From Candidatus Methanoperedens sp. (GTDB lineage Archaea; Halobacteriota; Methanosarcinia; Methanosarcinales; Methanoperedenaceae), in NCBI GenBank assembly GCA_041491305.1, contig JBGPUU010000001.1, positions 15,500 to 79,499 on the forward strand: a stretch of DNA of 64,000 bases, in the 5' to 3' direction. Shown one piece after another: positions 31,648 through 42,061 of this stretch. The notes under the pieces are model-generated. The model did not search any database. It was not told the DNA's origin and saw only the letters and a program-made list of their open reading frames with translations. The position numbers were made by a program, and so were the translations under genes. Position 1 is the first letter of the stretch. Each line of letters opens with the position of its first letter.

Positions 31648-32094
31648 TTATGCCAAACTCCTCAATTTCCCAAAAAGCTCATCTGCCAGCTTCGTGGGAT
31701 CATCCGTTTTCTCAAGCTTCAGTTTCATCTCATCAGCGAAATCCCACAGCAATTCAATGCACTGCGTGTATCTTGCACATGTGCCGCAGTTCCCCTCGTG
31801 CTCGTACCACACCTGTATCCCGTGCTTTGCAGATACGAAAATAATGGCGCTGGCATTAAACGGCGCCGAGTGACCGAACAGGATACCGCGCTCTGCATTC
31901 ACTTTCTCTACCTCTATCTGATTTGCCCCCGCCATCTCAAGAAGCGTCTTTCCTATACGTTCATCCATTGTGATGAGTGCTCTTGATACTGCCTGCTTGG
32001 ATATATCGAATAAGCGCGCTATATTCATATTGGGAAGACCGCCGCGCCGCAGCTTCCAGAACTCAAACTGCTTGTCATTTAAAGGCAGGAACAT
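31648..32094 (-). CDS. HTH (sigma-70 region 4-like) regulator heading the DUF1673 array
   Basis: KQFEFWKLRRGGLPNMNIARLFDISKQAVSRAL; C-terminal HEGNCGTC...C. Confidence 0.7.
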   Translation of the reverse strand: MFLPLNDKQFEFWKLRRGGLPNMNIARLFDISKQAVSRALITMDERIGKTLLEMAGANQIEVEKVNAERGILFGHSAPFNASAIIFVSAKHGIQVWYEHEGNCGTCARYTQCIELLWDFADEMKLKLEKTDDPTKLADELFGKLRSLA

Positions 32095-32186
32095 AAGTCA
32101 ATATATGTATGTTGACAATATAAATATTGTGACCCAAAATCTGGAAGAAAGACAATTACAATTCCATTCGTGTTTAAGATGATCTT

Positions 32187-33422
32187 TTATGGAACCTGTT
32201 TAGCAGGTGCACTCGATCCATAACCACCTGACATCTCAATGCTGCTTGGATGCACGAATATATAAACCGCGATTATCCAGAAAATGACAAGGGCAGATAA
32301 AAGCAATAGAACGTAATACTGCCTTATATTTTCCTGAATCTCTACATAAGGTTCCACTCTCCTTATCCCTATTTTATAGATGAGAGCTGAGAATATCAGC
32401 GCTATAAATGAAGGAAGGAACAGACTCGCTATCGGTTGCAGATATACCACGATTCGTATAAAAGACACAGTCGCAGAAGCATACAGCAGCCTTTTATTTT
32501 CCCTGAGAATCCCTGCCATTCCAAACGCGGAGATTATTACAGGAATCACGTAATCGATGCGGAAATCGCTGCATATTCGTCCTCCGCTTGTGGGCGAAGT
32601 CTGGTAAGCATAACAACCGCCGGTTACCAGTACAAACTCGGAATACAATGTCATGACCATTGCAGCAACCAGTGCGATACTTGCTAAAAGCATCGCGACC
32701 TTTTTCAATCTTGCATCCACCTTTTCCCTCTTGAATTCCCCTATTACTCCGTCCTGATAAGCGAAAGCTGATAGAACCAGCAGCAGGGACGAGGCAAGGA
32801 ATAAGGGCTGTCGCATAAGTAATCCTAAAAATATCGCTAACACCAGGGATATGGCGCAAGAAGCATACAAAAACTCCTTATTCCCGTTTCGTATTCCAAA
32901 TATCCCCAATATAGGAGATATAATTGGGAACGAAAAGAATATCAATCCGAAAGCCAGTGCTGCTGTTATAGACCCTGCGGATGACATTTGAGGCACGGTT
33001 GCAGCTATCGCAATTAATAAGGAGGCAAGGGCTGTTACGAGTGCAGCGCTTCTTGCCTTTTCATTCACCTTCACCACAGGTTCATCTCTCAGGTAAACGA
33101 AAGTGGAGATTATCAGGAGCAAAGATGGTGCTACAAAAAACAAACCAATGGACATTATTCCAAGGATAGTTAAGGCAAGGGATATAAGAGAAGAGATAAT
33201 CAAAACCTCTTTATTCCTTGATATAATCCCTATTATCCCGGCAAGAGGGGCCAATATCAGGATGAGCACTACAGGAGATGCCAGTGATGCAAGTACCAGT
33301 GGAGAGCTGTTGGCTTCAGTTGTGAAAAATAAGAACGACAGTAATGATGTTGCTAAAGAGAGACCTGCAAGCCATAACGCGTTTCTCCGGTTACCGATAA
33401 CTTCCATCATTTTTCCAGCCAC
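32187..33422 (-). CDS. Polytopic membrane protein with three internal repeats
   Basis: Repeated (G/A)IIGI..RNK(E/R).L..S units: GIIGIISRNKEVLIIS, GIFGIRNGNKEFLYAS, GMAGILRENKRLLYAS. Confidence 0.7.
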   Translation of the reverse strand: MAGKMMEVIGNRRNALWLAGLSLATSLLSFLFFTTEANSSPLVLASLASPVVLILILAPLAGIIGIISRNKEVLIISSLISLALTILGIMSIGLFFVAPSLLLIISTFVYLRDEPVVKVNEKARSAALVTALASLLIAIAATVPQMSSAGSITAALAFGLIFFSFPIISPILGIFGIRNGNKEFLYASCAISLVLAIFLGLLMRQPLFLASSLLLVLSAFAYQDGVIGEFKREKVDARLKKVAMLLASIALVAAMVMTLYSEFVLVTGGCYAYQTSPTSGGRICSDFRIDYVIPVIISAFGMAGILRENKRLLYASATVSFIRIVVYLQPIASLFLPSFIALIFSALIYKIGIRRVEPYVEIQENIRQYYVLLLLSALVIFWIIAVYIFVHPSSIEMSGGYGSSAPAKQVP

Positions 33423-34333
33423 GCGTTTTCCCCAACTTCAATTACCTTATTCCCGGTTAAATTAACCGTCACCGGGTAAGCCTTCCCCGTTCCATTCACA
33501 TGGATCAATACCTGCATAGGCCCCACTCTATTACCTGTCATCCAGTTTTCATAATCCACCACCTCTACAATCTCATATGCTCTGCCTCCGATTTTTTCTT
33601 TGACCTGTGAATCAGAGAGGGCTATTTTTATTGCCATGTTCCTGTCAACCTCTGACAAATTCATTGGAAGCGCGGGCTTTATAAACGAGTTATTCAGGAT
33701 GCGCACGACCCTTTTCTCTTTCAGGTCAACCAGAGGGATTATCTCCATAATGCTTGTCCACTCTTTGTTCCCTATGTATATCTGGACTCCCGGTAAATCC
33801 CAGGAAATCTCTTTCCCGTTCTCTGTGGCACTACCGCTGACCATGCTTATAGAACTGATTTTGACTTCTTTTCCCCTCAGCATCTCCTGCACAGTCTTAT
33901 TGTCCATCGCTATATTTACAGCTAACATTTGGTCTTCTGTTAAATTATCAGGAACCTGCACTCCCGGAATTTCTTCTTCGGTTAAATTATCTGGAATTCT
34001 TGAAGGGTATGGCTCGAAAGTAGAGGTAGTTGTTGTAGTTACTGCAAAAAGACTGAGTATTAGAATTATAACCACCGATGCCAGTAAAGCTATGCCGATA
34101 AGCCTATCCTGACGTGAATCTGTTCTTTTGATGAGGAAATAATAAATCAGCGCCCCGATAAGCCCTGTGAAAATTATAACCAGAACCCAGATAAGCTTGG
34201 CATTATTTCCTCCGAATTTGAACATATCATCCTTCCTCTTCAGACAATCTATGAGCATCCAGAGCCAGAAAATTGTCACAAAAACAAACACTGGGATAAA
34301 GAGAAACAAGAATACCTCACTTGTGCCTATCAT
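33407..34333 (-). CDS. PLDc_N-type membrane domain + duplicated extracellular domain protein
   Basis: FWLWMLIDC...KLIWVLVIIFTGLIGALIYY; repeats NLTEDQMLAVNIA / NLSEVDRNMAIKIA. Confidence 0.65.
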   Translation of the reverse strand: MIGTSEVFLFLFIPVFVFVTIFWLWMLIDCLKRKDDMFKFGGNNAKLIWVLVIIFTGLIGALIYYFLIKRTDSRQDRLIGIALLASVVIILILSLFAVTTTTTSTFEPYPSRIPDNLTEEEIPGVQVPDNLTEDQMLAVNIAMDNKTVQEMLRGKEVKISSISMVSGSATENGKEISWDLPGVQIYIGNKEWTSIMEIIPLVDLKEKRVVRILNNSFIKPALPMNLSEVDRNMAIKIALSDSQVKEKIGGRAYEIVEVVDYENWMTGNRVGPMQVLIHVNGTGKAYPVTVNLTGNKVIEVGENAWLEK

Positions 34334-34952
34334 TTTTATTCCTCCTTTCGCTTAATATCCTGCAAACGGCAAGAACTCCTATACCTCCAAGAATTATCTC
34401 AAACCCAGGTGCCTCTGGACTTGCCTGCGCTGCTGGAGTCGATACAGATGTTTCAGTATTTATTGGGGGGGTAGCGACAGGTGAAGCCGATTTAATTAAT
34501 GTAGATTCCACTTCATCTCTATCTGAAACTGGATGCTTCCCGTATGGCAGAATGAACACGCCCTTTTCTACGTCCCCATCTTTGAGCATAAAAAGTGTTT
34601 TCTCGCCCACGCTGAAGTTTGCTAAGGGTGGTCCAATATTTGGCCGCCCCATCCGTACAATTATTTCAGTCTTAGGTAAGGGATTCTTTAGCCATTCATC
34701 CACGGTTATAACTACATCAATGAAATCGTAGCTTGGGCGCAGTTCCTTTACGGTTCCAATGACGATTCTGTCGGAGAAATATACCTGATTGGTCATCGAA
34801 TTCGGTCCTAATTTGGAAATCGCTTGGGTCAGCTCAGCCGGTGTTCCTTCTGCTTCCACGGTTACGAGTGCTACGACTGTGTTTGAGAATAAACCGAGAA
34901 CAAATAATCCAAGCAAAATAGACAGTGCAATACTTTTAAGTACTTCTGACAT
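34317..34952 (-). CDS. Secreted protein with PGF-CTERM-like sorting signal
   Basis: Signal peptide; Thr/Pro linker, PGFEIILGGIGVLAVCRILSERR tail. Confidence 0.7.
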   Translation of the reverse strand: MSEVLKSIALSILLGLFVLGLFSNTVVALVTVEAEGTPAELTQAISKLGPNSMTNQVYFSDRIVIGTVKELRPSYDFIDVVITVDEWLKNPLPKTEIIVRMGRPNIGPPLANFSVGEKTLFMLKDGDVEKGVFILPYGKHPVSDRDEVESTLIKSASPVATPPINTETSVSTPAAQASPEAPGFEIILGGIGVLAVCRILSERRNKNDRHK

Positions 34953-35370
34953 TCAAATTCCTCCCTTAAATGGATAAAATAACAAACCTGTTTTAGAGCT
35001 ATTGACCTGAATGTCGATATTCCCCATCAGACGGATGGTATTTCCCGAAGTCAATTCAATCGGTTCTTTATTTCTGAGTTCAATAGTATCGTTTTTAACA
35101 GACGTAACTTCCATGACCCCGAAGGTATCGCCTTCTTTAACACCAGTAACGTTCTGTGACCTGAGCCATGTGTATTTAAAATCTGCTGCATCCGTTTCAG
35201 GTAAGCTGTATATTTTTGACAGATATGTAACTAAAATCGGTATATTACTTCCTTCTACATTCTGAGGATAATTGTACAGTTCCGTATAATGGGTTGCCAG
35301 GACTTTATCATCAATTTTGGTATTATCCTTGTCCAGACTTATAAAAACTAAACCTTCATTTATGAATATG
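34953..35370 (-). pseudogene. C-terminal half of a Methanosarcina-type S-layer (DUF1608) domain, 5' truncated
   Basis: ISLDKDNTKIDDKVL...VKEGDTFGVMEVTSVKNDTIELRNKEPIELTSGNTIRLMGNIDIQV...LLFYPF; no credible start codon or signal peptide. Confidence 0.7.
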
Positions 35371-35392
35371 AAACTCCATGGTGAGCGCAAGA

Positions 35393-36292
35393 ATGACAAA
35401 ATCCAAAAAAAGCGATGTATATCTGATACTCTCTGACATCCATGCCGATATAAAAGCCTTAGATACAATCATTGAGATAATAAATGATCCAAAATTCAAG
35501 AAAAGATACGGCAGTGTCAATAAAATAATAAACCTTGGCGATACCACTGGAAGAGGATATCATCCTGCTGAGGTCATAGAGCGGCTGATAGAGTTAGGAA
35601 AAGAAATCAGCGTTGTTTCGATAATGGGCAACCACGACGAGTCTTTTCTTTACGATTGGCCTGTATCCGGGGATGATGAAGACTGCATCAGGGCACATGA
35701 GGAGTTTAAAAGCGCTGTAAATAGCGATCATCGCAATAAAGCCAGCCCGGATTTCTTAAGTAAACTGCCGCAGTATTATGTAGATAAAGAGGAGAGGATT
35801 TTAGCGGTTCATGGAGGTCCTCTTGACCCTGAAAAGATAGCTCCTCCCGACCTTGAAGACTACGATAAATGGCTGTATCAGCGGACATGGCAGAGGATTT
35901 CGGAATATGATTTCGAATATCTGGATGATTACGGCTACCACTACCTGTCTGAGAACGCATTCCTGCATGCAAGAGAATTTTTTGATGGTGGCTTTATAAT
36001 ATTCTGTGGGCATCAGCATACTGAGGCAGTTTACAGGAATAAGGGCATGAAGACTGAGCTTGTGTCGGAGGAGCGCATGAAGATAAGGAAGGAAGAGCTT
36101 GCCGGGCATGTGGTTCAGGTGAAGGAGTTTGAGAGAAAGCGAGATGCAAATTATCTCATCCGTGTAGGTATTGCGGGACCCGAGGGATATTACAAAAGGT
36201 ACCGGTGGAATAAAATAGATTTTGGATTGGTGTGGGGAGAGAAGGGGATGCAAAAAGTAGGGATGTTTGAGAGCGAGTTGGAGTATGAATAG
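35393..36292 (+). CDS. Calcineurin-like metallophosphoesterase (candidate protein phosphatase)
   Basis: SDIH, LGDTTGRG, GNHDE, VHGG, CGHQH. Confidence 0.88.
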   Translation: MTKSKKSDVYLILSDIHADIKALDTIIEIINDPKFKKRYGSVNKIINLGDTTGRGYHPAEVIERLIELGKEISVVSIMGNHDESFLYDWPVSGDDEDCIRAHEEFKSAVNSDHRNKASPDFLSKLPQYYVDKEERILAVHGGPLDPEKIAPPDLEDYDKWLYQRTWQRISEYDFEYLDDYGYHYLSENAFLHAREFFDGGFIIFCGHQHTEAVYRNKGMKTELVSEERMKIRKEELAGHVVQVKEFERKRDANYLIRVGIAGPEGYYKRYRWNKIDFGLVWGEKGMQKVGMFESELEYE

Positions 36293-36442
36293 GTACCTGC
36301 GATAGGGTACATCTCTAAACAATGGCTATGTTTTTATCCGCTTCAATGTAGTGGCGCAAACTTCTATTTGGCGATAATTTAAAGCATCCTTTTTAGTTAT
36401 TCACAATATGCCAGCGTTTTGGAAAGCTCTATATTTTTCCCG

Positions 36443-38431
36443 TTACGTAATTTGACTTAGAATCTTAAAGCATGCATTTTTAATCTGCTCTGTGCCTTTG
36501 GGATATCGCTTGCAAATCTCAAGTGCTTCTTTTAACACACTTCGTGCTTTGCCAAATTCTTGGATTCTTGCATAAAAAATCCCCGTGTTTGTAAGGCATT
36601 TCGCTTGGTCTATATCTGCCCCAGGTATTGCTTTATACATCCTCAGTGCTTCTTTGAGGTTATACTCAGCCTCAAAGAATTTGTTCATGCGCCTATAAAC
36701 ATTCCCTAAGTTCGCATGACATTGCGCCTGATGCATTTCAGCTCCAAGTATCGCTTTATACATCCTCAATGCTTCTTTGTAATTGCCCTCAGCCTCAAAG
36801 AACTTATCTGTACTTTCGTAGACAACCCCCAGGTTCATAACGCATCTCGCTTGTTCTATCTCAGTACCAGATATTGCTTTATATATCCTCAGTGCTTCTT
36901 TAAGCTTGTCGGCGGCTTCAGAGAACTTGCCTATACTCAAATAAACGACACCTAGGTTCCTAATGCTGTAAGCTTGGCGTATCTCGGTTCCAGATATCGC
37001 TTTATATATCCTAAGTGCTTCTTTGTAATTGCCCTCAGCCTCAAAAAACTTGCCTGTGTGAAAATAGATATTCCCGACCTCCCCAAGGCATCTTGCCTGG
37101 ATTATTTCAGTTCCGGGTATGGTTTTTAATATCCTCAGTGCTTCTTTGAGGTTGCCAGCGGCTTCAGAGAACTTGCCTAAATCCATATAGACAACCCCTA
37201 AGCTCTTGAGGCATCTTGCCTGGTGTTTCTCAGTTCCAGATATAGTTTTCAACATCCTAAGTGCTTCTTTGAGATATTCCTCAGCATCAAAGAACCTGCC
37301 TAAGTTCTCATAGACATTCCCCAGATTCATAAGACATCCCCACTGGAAAAACTCGGTTCCAGATATAACTGTTAACATCCCCAGTGCCTTTTTGTAAGGT
37401 ATCTCAGCACTAGCATAACGACCAATGTTCTGAAGGGCTCGACCACGATTAAACCACCATTCAGGCGAATCGTTAATCTCCACCTCTGGGAAGCAGTATT
37501 CCTTCTTAAACTCACTTTTATATGTCTTAAGTAATTCCTTCTTTAGTTCTGAAATGTCATTAAAACGGTCTTCTATTTTTGGTTGAAGGCAGCGAGCAAT
37601 TATGCCTTTTAAGGATGAAGGAATGTTATCTGATAAAACCTCTCTTTGCGGGTCAGAGCGATTATACATAACTCTCTTTATCTGTTGATTTTGGGTATCT
37701 CCTCCTTTAAAGACATCATGCATTATCAGACCTACAGCAAACTGATCAGCACGATGGTCAACCTTTGCTCCCGCCACCTGCTCAGGTGCCATATATCCAG
37801 GAGTGCCCTTTACCCTTGCACTGAAATCGGTTACCTTATATATCCCATCCTTGTAAACCATGATATTCTCAGGCTTCAAGTCCTTATGGGCAGATATGCC
37901 ATGCTTATAGGCATGAAGCAAGCCCTCACAGATTTGTAAGCCCGCGCTGAGGGTTTCTTCCAGAGACAGACTTCCCTTTTCTATAACCAGACATCTCAGG
38001 TCTCCCCTTTCCATGAACTCTGAGAAAACAAACGGCACATTCCTTCTTGTTTTAGGATGGATGATATTTTCCAACAGGTGGACTGAAACAATATTAGGAT
38101 GCTGACCCATCTCAAGCCAAGGGAGAGCTTCTTCCAGAAAATCTTTTGCTATTTCTTCTTGCTTGGAAGGATGCAGTTTGAGGTAATCTTCTTTCAAGAA
38201 TTGCTGCAGGGTTTTGGCAGCGTATATCCTTTCACCAAAGTGGGTCGATTTTACGAAAAATACTGCTCCAAATCCGCCTGCTCTGAGCGCCAGAACCTTG
38301 AAGTTATCTCCAAAAGCATCGCTGTATTGCCATGGTATTTGGATGCCTTCTTTCTTCAAACGCTCCTCTGCCTGTCGGCTTGCTTCATCCCAGGAGAGTC
38401 TGTGTGTTGATATGATGTAGGATATATCCAT
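36443..38431 (-). CDS. Ser/Thr protein kinase with C-terminal 41-aa TPR-like repeats
   Basis: GGFGAV, AAKT, HKDLKPEN, TDFS, GTPGYMAPEQ, D.FAVG. Confidence 0.9.
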   Translation of the reverse strand: MDISYIISTHRLSWDEASRQAEERLKKEGIQIPWQYSDAFGDNFKVLALRAGGFGAVFFVKSTHFGERIYAAKTLQQFLKEDYLKLHPSKQEEIAKDFLEEALPWLEMGQHPNIVSVHLLENIIHPKTRRNVPFVFSEFMERGDLRCLVIEKGSLSLEETLSAGLQICEGLLHAYKHGISAHKDLKPENIMVYKDGIYKVTDFSARVKGTPGYMAPEQVAGAKVDHRADQFAVGLIMHDVFKGGDTQNQQIKRVMYNRSDPQREVLSDNIPSSLKGIIARCLQPKIEDRFNDISELKKELLKTYKSEFKKEYCFPEVEINDSPEWWFNRGRALQNIGRYASAEIPYKKALGMLTVISGTEFFQWGCLMNLGNVYENLGRFFDAEEYLKEALRMLKTISGTEKHQARCLKSLGVVYMDLGKFSEAAGNLKEALRILKTIPGTEIIQARCLGEVGNIYFHTGKFFEAEGNYKEALRIYKAISGTEIRQAYSIRNLGVVYLSIGKFSEAADKLKEALRIYKAISGTEIEQARCVMNLGVVYESTDKFFEAEGNYKEALRMYKAILGAEMHQAQCHANLGNVYRRMNKFFEAEYNLKEALRMYKAIPGADIDQAKCLTNTGIFYARIQEFGKARSVLKEALEICKRYPKGTEQIKNACFKILSQIT
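36500..37360 (-). repeat. Seven tandem ~123-bp (41-aa) repeats
   Basis: Units begin GTEFFQ, GTEKHQ, GTEIIQ, GTEIRQ, GTEIEQ, GAEMHQ, GADIDQ and share LKEALR; spacing 37360 to 37237 is 123 bp. Confidence 0.9.
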
Positions 38432-38600
38432 ATCGAATATTCATCTCATTTTAATAATTGTCTAATTTACTAATTTTTCCTACCTCGCAAAACTCTAATA
38501 CTTATTTTCAATCTTCTTTTGTGTGTATTTCATTATTACCCCAACGGAAGCTTGCTGCTTCTTTCATTTACTTTGCCTTTTTATTTGGATTTTTGAAATC

Positions 38601-40311
38601 TTACTCTAATTTCTTCAACCACTCCGTTGCAATTTCTATACTTTCTTTATCATCTGAAAATCTGATTACGTTTTCAAAGCATTTTTTCGCTTCCATATCC
38701 TCATCTAAAACATATAGAACACATCCTTTTCCGATCCAAGCCCTTGCATTTTTAGGATTTGTCTCCAATACTCTAATAAAGCATTTCATTGCATCTTTAA
38801 TTCTATGCTCCTTTAAATCACGCGATCCTAAAAGAAAACATGCATAACCTCTTTCGCACCAAGCTTCAACGTTCCTCGAATCAATGCTTATTACTTTTTC
38901 AAAGCTTTCAATTGCCTCACCATATCTTTCTAATTCCATGAGTATTTTTCCCTTAATAATCAGACAATCGGGATTTCTTGGATACAATCTCAGAGCTTCA
39001 TTTGTGCTATCTAAGGCAAGTTGGTATTTTTTTAATCTGAGTAAGCAAAAACCTTTATTTGCCAGCAGTGACATTCTCTCGAAATAATCTAATTGATTGA
39101 TGAAAGATTTCTGTAAACCCCTATCAAGATATTCTATTGCATCTTCATATCGATTCATTTTTATTAAGCATAATGCTTTTGCATTTAACGCAATGTTGTC
39201 GCTCGGCTTAATTATCAAAGCCTTATCTATATAAAGTATAGCATCTTTAATGTTATTTAAACTACGCAGACATTGTCCCTTTTCGCAAAGTGCCTCAGTA
39301 TTTTTTGGATTTTGCAAGTATATTATCGTAACATTTCAAAGCATTTTCAAATTTCTCTAACTGTTGATAGGAAAATCCTTTATTCAACCAGTCTACTTCA
39401 TCTAATTCCTCCTTTTTTCCAATTATTATATAATCGTCTGTGAAAATATTACGATGCATCTCAATTAATTCATCTTTCAGTTCTTTAAAACTTTGATGTC
39501 TTTCCTCGGGATCTTTTTTTAAACATCGCATTATCAATTCGTCAAGTTCTTTAGGAATAGTTTGGTTAATTAATTTAGGATTCACTGGATTCGTCTGGAA
39601 GATTTCATCTACATTTGAAAATGGGCGCTTACCAGTGGATACTTCATATAAAGTTGCACCAAAAGCGTAAATATCCGAGCGAGTTGTTATTGGTTTGGGT
39701 GTAAAGGAATAATGATCTAAAAACTTTCTGGGGAATTGTTCAGGAGGCATATAGGGCCATGTACCTACTCCACGAGAAACTTGTTCTGGCAACATTTCCA
39801 ATTTTTTTTCTTGATATGCATCCTCCAAAATAGCCACTAAACCGAAGTCAGTAATTTTGTATATTCTCTTATTATTACGTTCACTAATCAATATATTTCC
39901 AGGTTTGATATCTCGATGAACGATTCCAAGTTTGCTATATGCATAATCCATACCGTCACAGAATTGAATAGCAAAGTCGAACAGTTCAAAGATGTTAAGT
40001 TTACCAATCCATTGTGCAAGATTTCCTCCTTTAATATATTCTAATAAGATGTGAGGTTTTCCCTCTATAATAATTGTGAAGATTGCAAAAACTATGTTTG
40101 TATGCTTTTCGAGATTTACCCAAGTATCTGCTTCTTTTATAAATTTTTTGATTATTTCCTCTTCCCAGAAAAATTCGTCCTTAAAAGTCTTGATAGCAAT
40201 ATGTTGGTTCCATCTATGGTCCAAAACAACATAAACTATTCCCATGCCTCCTTCAAGGATGTTTAGTACTTCATAACGATTTAATATTATATCTCCACAA
40301 TCTCGCCTCAT
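38601..40311 (-). pseudogene. Ser/Thr kinase-TPR protein split by a frameshift at about 39315
   Basis: GGMGIV, IAIKT, HRDIKPGN, DFG, GTWPYMPPEQ; the TPR ...ENALKCYDNIL continues as QNPKNTEALCEKG in the other frame (ORFs 39295-40311 and 38601-39317). Confidence 0.85.
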
Positions 40312-40396
40312 TTTATCACAGTCTCTAGCATTTCACAAAATTACAATTGTAATATTTACCAAAAGCACTTACTTTACAGACCATATTTTTCTTTTA

Positions 40397-40888
40397 TCAG
40401 TTTAATCTTAGTTCAGTTTTTGGATCCAACTGACTTGCTTTATCAAAGCATTGCATAGCTTCTCTCTTTTTGCCAAGAAGATACGAAATACTTCCTTTAT
40501 TGAACCAAGCTCCAACATTTTGCGGATCCGTTTTCACAGCCTTATCATAGCAATCTAATGCTTCTATATATTTGCCTAATGATAGTAAAGAATTCCCCTT
40601 GTTGACAAAAATAACAGCATACTTTGAACTGTTTCTTGGAAGAATATCCAAAACTTTGTTAAAACAATTTATGGCTTCTTCGTGTTTGCCTACTTGAGCC
40701 AAAGTATCTCCTTTATTGTTCCAAACATCAACATCTTTTGGAGTTATTTCCAGCGCTTTGTCATAATATTTCAAGGATTCTTCAAGCTTTCCTATCATTA
40801 ATAATGATTCCGCCTTACTAGACCACTTTTCATCAGGGATATTCTTTTCTTTCGTTTTCTGTAACTTATTAAATATACCCATTTCCAC
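40397..40888 (-). CDS. TPR repeat protein
   Basis: 34-aa TPRs (WNNKGDTLA...AINCFNKVL; WFNKG...). Confidence 0.85.
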   Translation of the reverse strand: MEMGIFNKLQKTKEKNIPDEKWSSKAESLLMIGKLEESLKYYDKALEITPKDVDVWNNKGDTLAQVGKHEEAINCFNKVLDILPRNSSKYAVIFVNKGNSLLSLGKYIEALDCYDKAVKTDPQNVGAWFNKGSISYLLGKKREAMQCFDKASQLDPKTELRLN

Positions 40889-40928
40889 TAGCTAATATAT
40901 TTTATATAGTGATTTCTGTAATATAAAT

Positions 40929-42047
40929 TTATTTTTTGATTGACCTTTTTATTAACTCTCTAGTTTCTTTTGCATGTTTAACCGTAGGATCGATTTCTAA
41001 TGCTTTGTCGAAACATTGTATAGCTTCATCACATTTTAATAAACAACCTAAAGAAAGTCCTTTACCTGTCCATGCAACAGCACATTCTGGATCTATTTGT
41101 AAAACCTTCTCGTACCATTCAATAGCCTCTTCATATCTCTTTAAACAAGCTAAAGTAGTGCCCTTATTGTACCATATGGTAGAATTATCGGGATCCAGCT
41201 TTAAAACCACCTCTTCACATTTTAATGCTTCATCGAACTTGCCCATTTTATGCAAAACCTCCCCTTTATTAATCCAAGCTTTACCAAGCTTAGGGTTTAT
41301 TTTTAGTGCTTCATCAAAGCATTTCAAAGCATCATTGATTTTACCTGCTTCTAAAAATGATTCTCCCTTAAAATTCCATGCTCCTGCCGATATGTTTTCT
41401 TTTTCTCTAATGGTTTCATTTTTAATTTCAACTTTTTGTTTACACATTTCTATTTTATCTTGTATCTCCTTTATTTTCCTCGGACGCTCATATTCAGGAA
41501 CTACTTCTATCGCTCTTTTTATATATTCAGCAAAGTTATCTGTTTTTCCTGAAAGAAGATAAACGAAGGCAATGTTAGCTAACACCATATAATTTTGTGG
41601 ATCCAAAGCCAAAGCTAATCGAAAACATTCGTCTGCCTCTCGTTCTCTACCCAAGCTTACTAATAGACTACCTTTTTCGCTTAAAATCATTCCTTTCACC
41701 GAGTCCTCAGGATGCGCTTTAAGGGCTTTATCGTAGAAGAATAAAGTATCATCTATCTTTCCCAAATCAACAAGAACATTCGCTTTACCGTGCCAAGGGG
41801 CACTATGTTCAGTATTTAATTTTAAAGCCTCTTCGAAACAACACAAAGACTCATCGAATCTCCCCAAACGTCTTAAAGCATTTCCTTTATTGTTCAACGC
41901 TATACAAGAGAGCTCAAATGCAAGAACTTTATCATAATATTTTATTGCTTCCTCAAATCTCTCCTCATCAAATAACGAAATTCCCATGTTAATCCATTCA
42001 TCTATCTGCTGTCTCTTTGATGTTGCAATGCCATTGAACAGACTCAT
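40929..42047 (-). CDS. TPR repeat protein
   Basis: About 9 TPRs; ATG 42047 (MSLFNG) just downstream of the previous stop. Confidence 0.85.
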   Translation of the reverse strand: MSLFNGIATSKRQQIDEWINMGISLFDEERFEEAIKYYDKVLAFELSCIALNNKGNALRRLGRFDESLCCFEEALKLNTEHSAPWHGKANVLVDLGKIDDTLFFYDKALKAHPEDSVKGMILSEKGSLLVSLGREREADECFRLALALDPQNYMVLANIAFVYLLSGKTDNFAEYIKRAIEVVPEYERPRKIKEIQDKIEMCKQKVEIKNETIREKENISAGAWNFKGESFLEAGKINDALKCFDEALKINPKLGKAWINKGEVLHKMGKFDEALKCEEVVLKLDPDNSTIWYNKGTTLACLKRYEEAIEWYEKVLQIDPECAVAWTGKGLSLGCLLKCDEAIQCFDKALEIDPTVKHAKETRELIKRSIKK

Positions 42048-42061
42048 TTTCTTTCCACTTG

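Noticed and set aside
36256-36270. GTAGGGAT match to the tRNA 3' half near the island's left end
   Set aside because: An 8-bp match inside a coding region; expected by chance.
36500-37360. Regular DNA repeats as a possible CRISPR array
   Set aside because: The 123-bp (and, at 44.7-45.2 kb, 102-bp) units are in-frame TPR coding repeats without a repeat-spacer structure; no cas genes.
38470-38490. TTCCTACCTCG resembling the tRNA-Ser 3' end (possible att site)
   Set aside because: Only about 9-10 bp match, and in the opposite orientation to the tRNA; a direct repeat is required.
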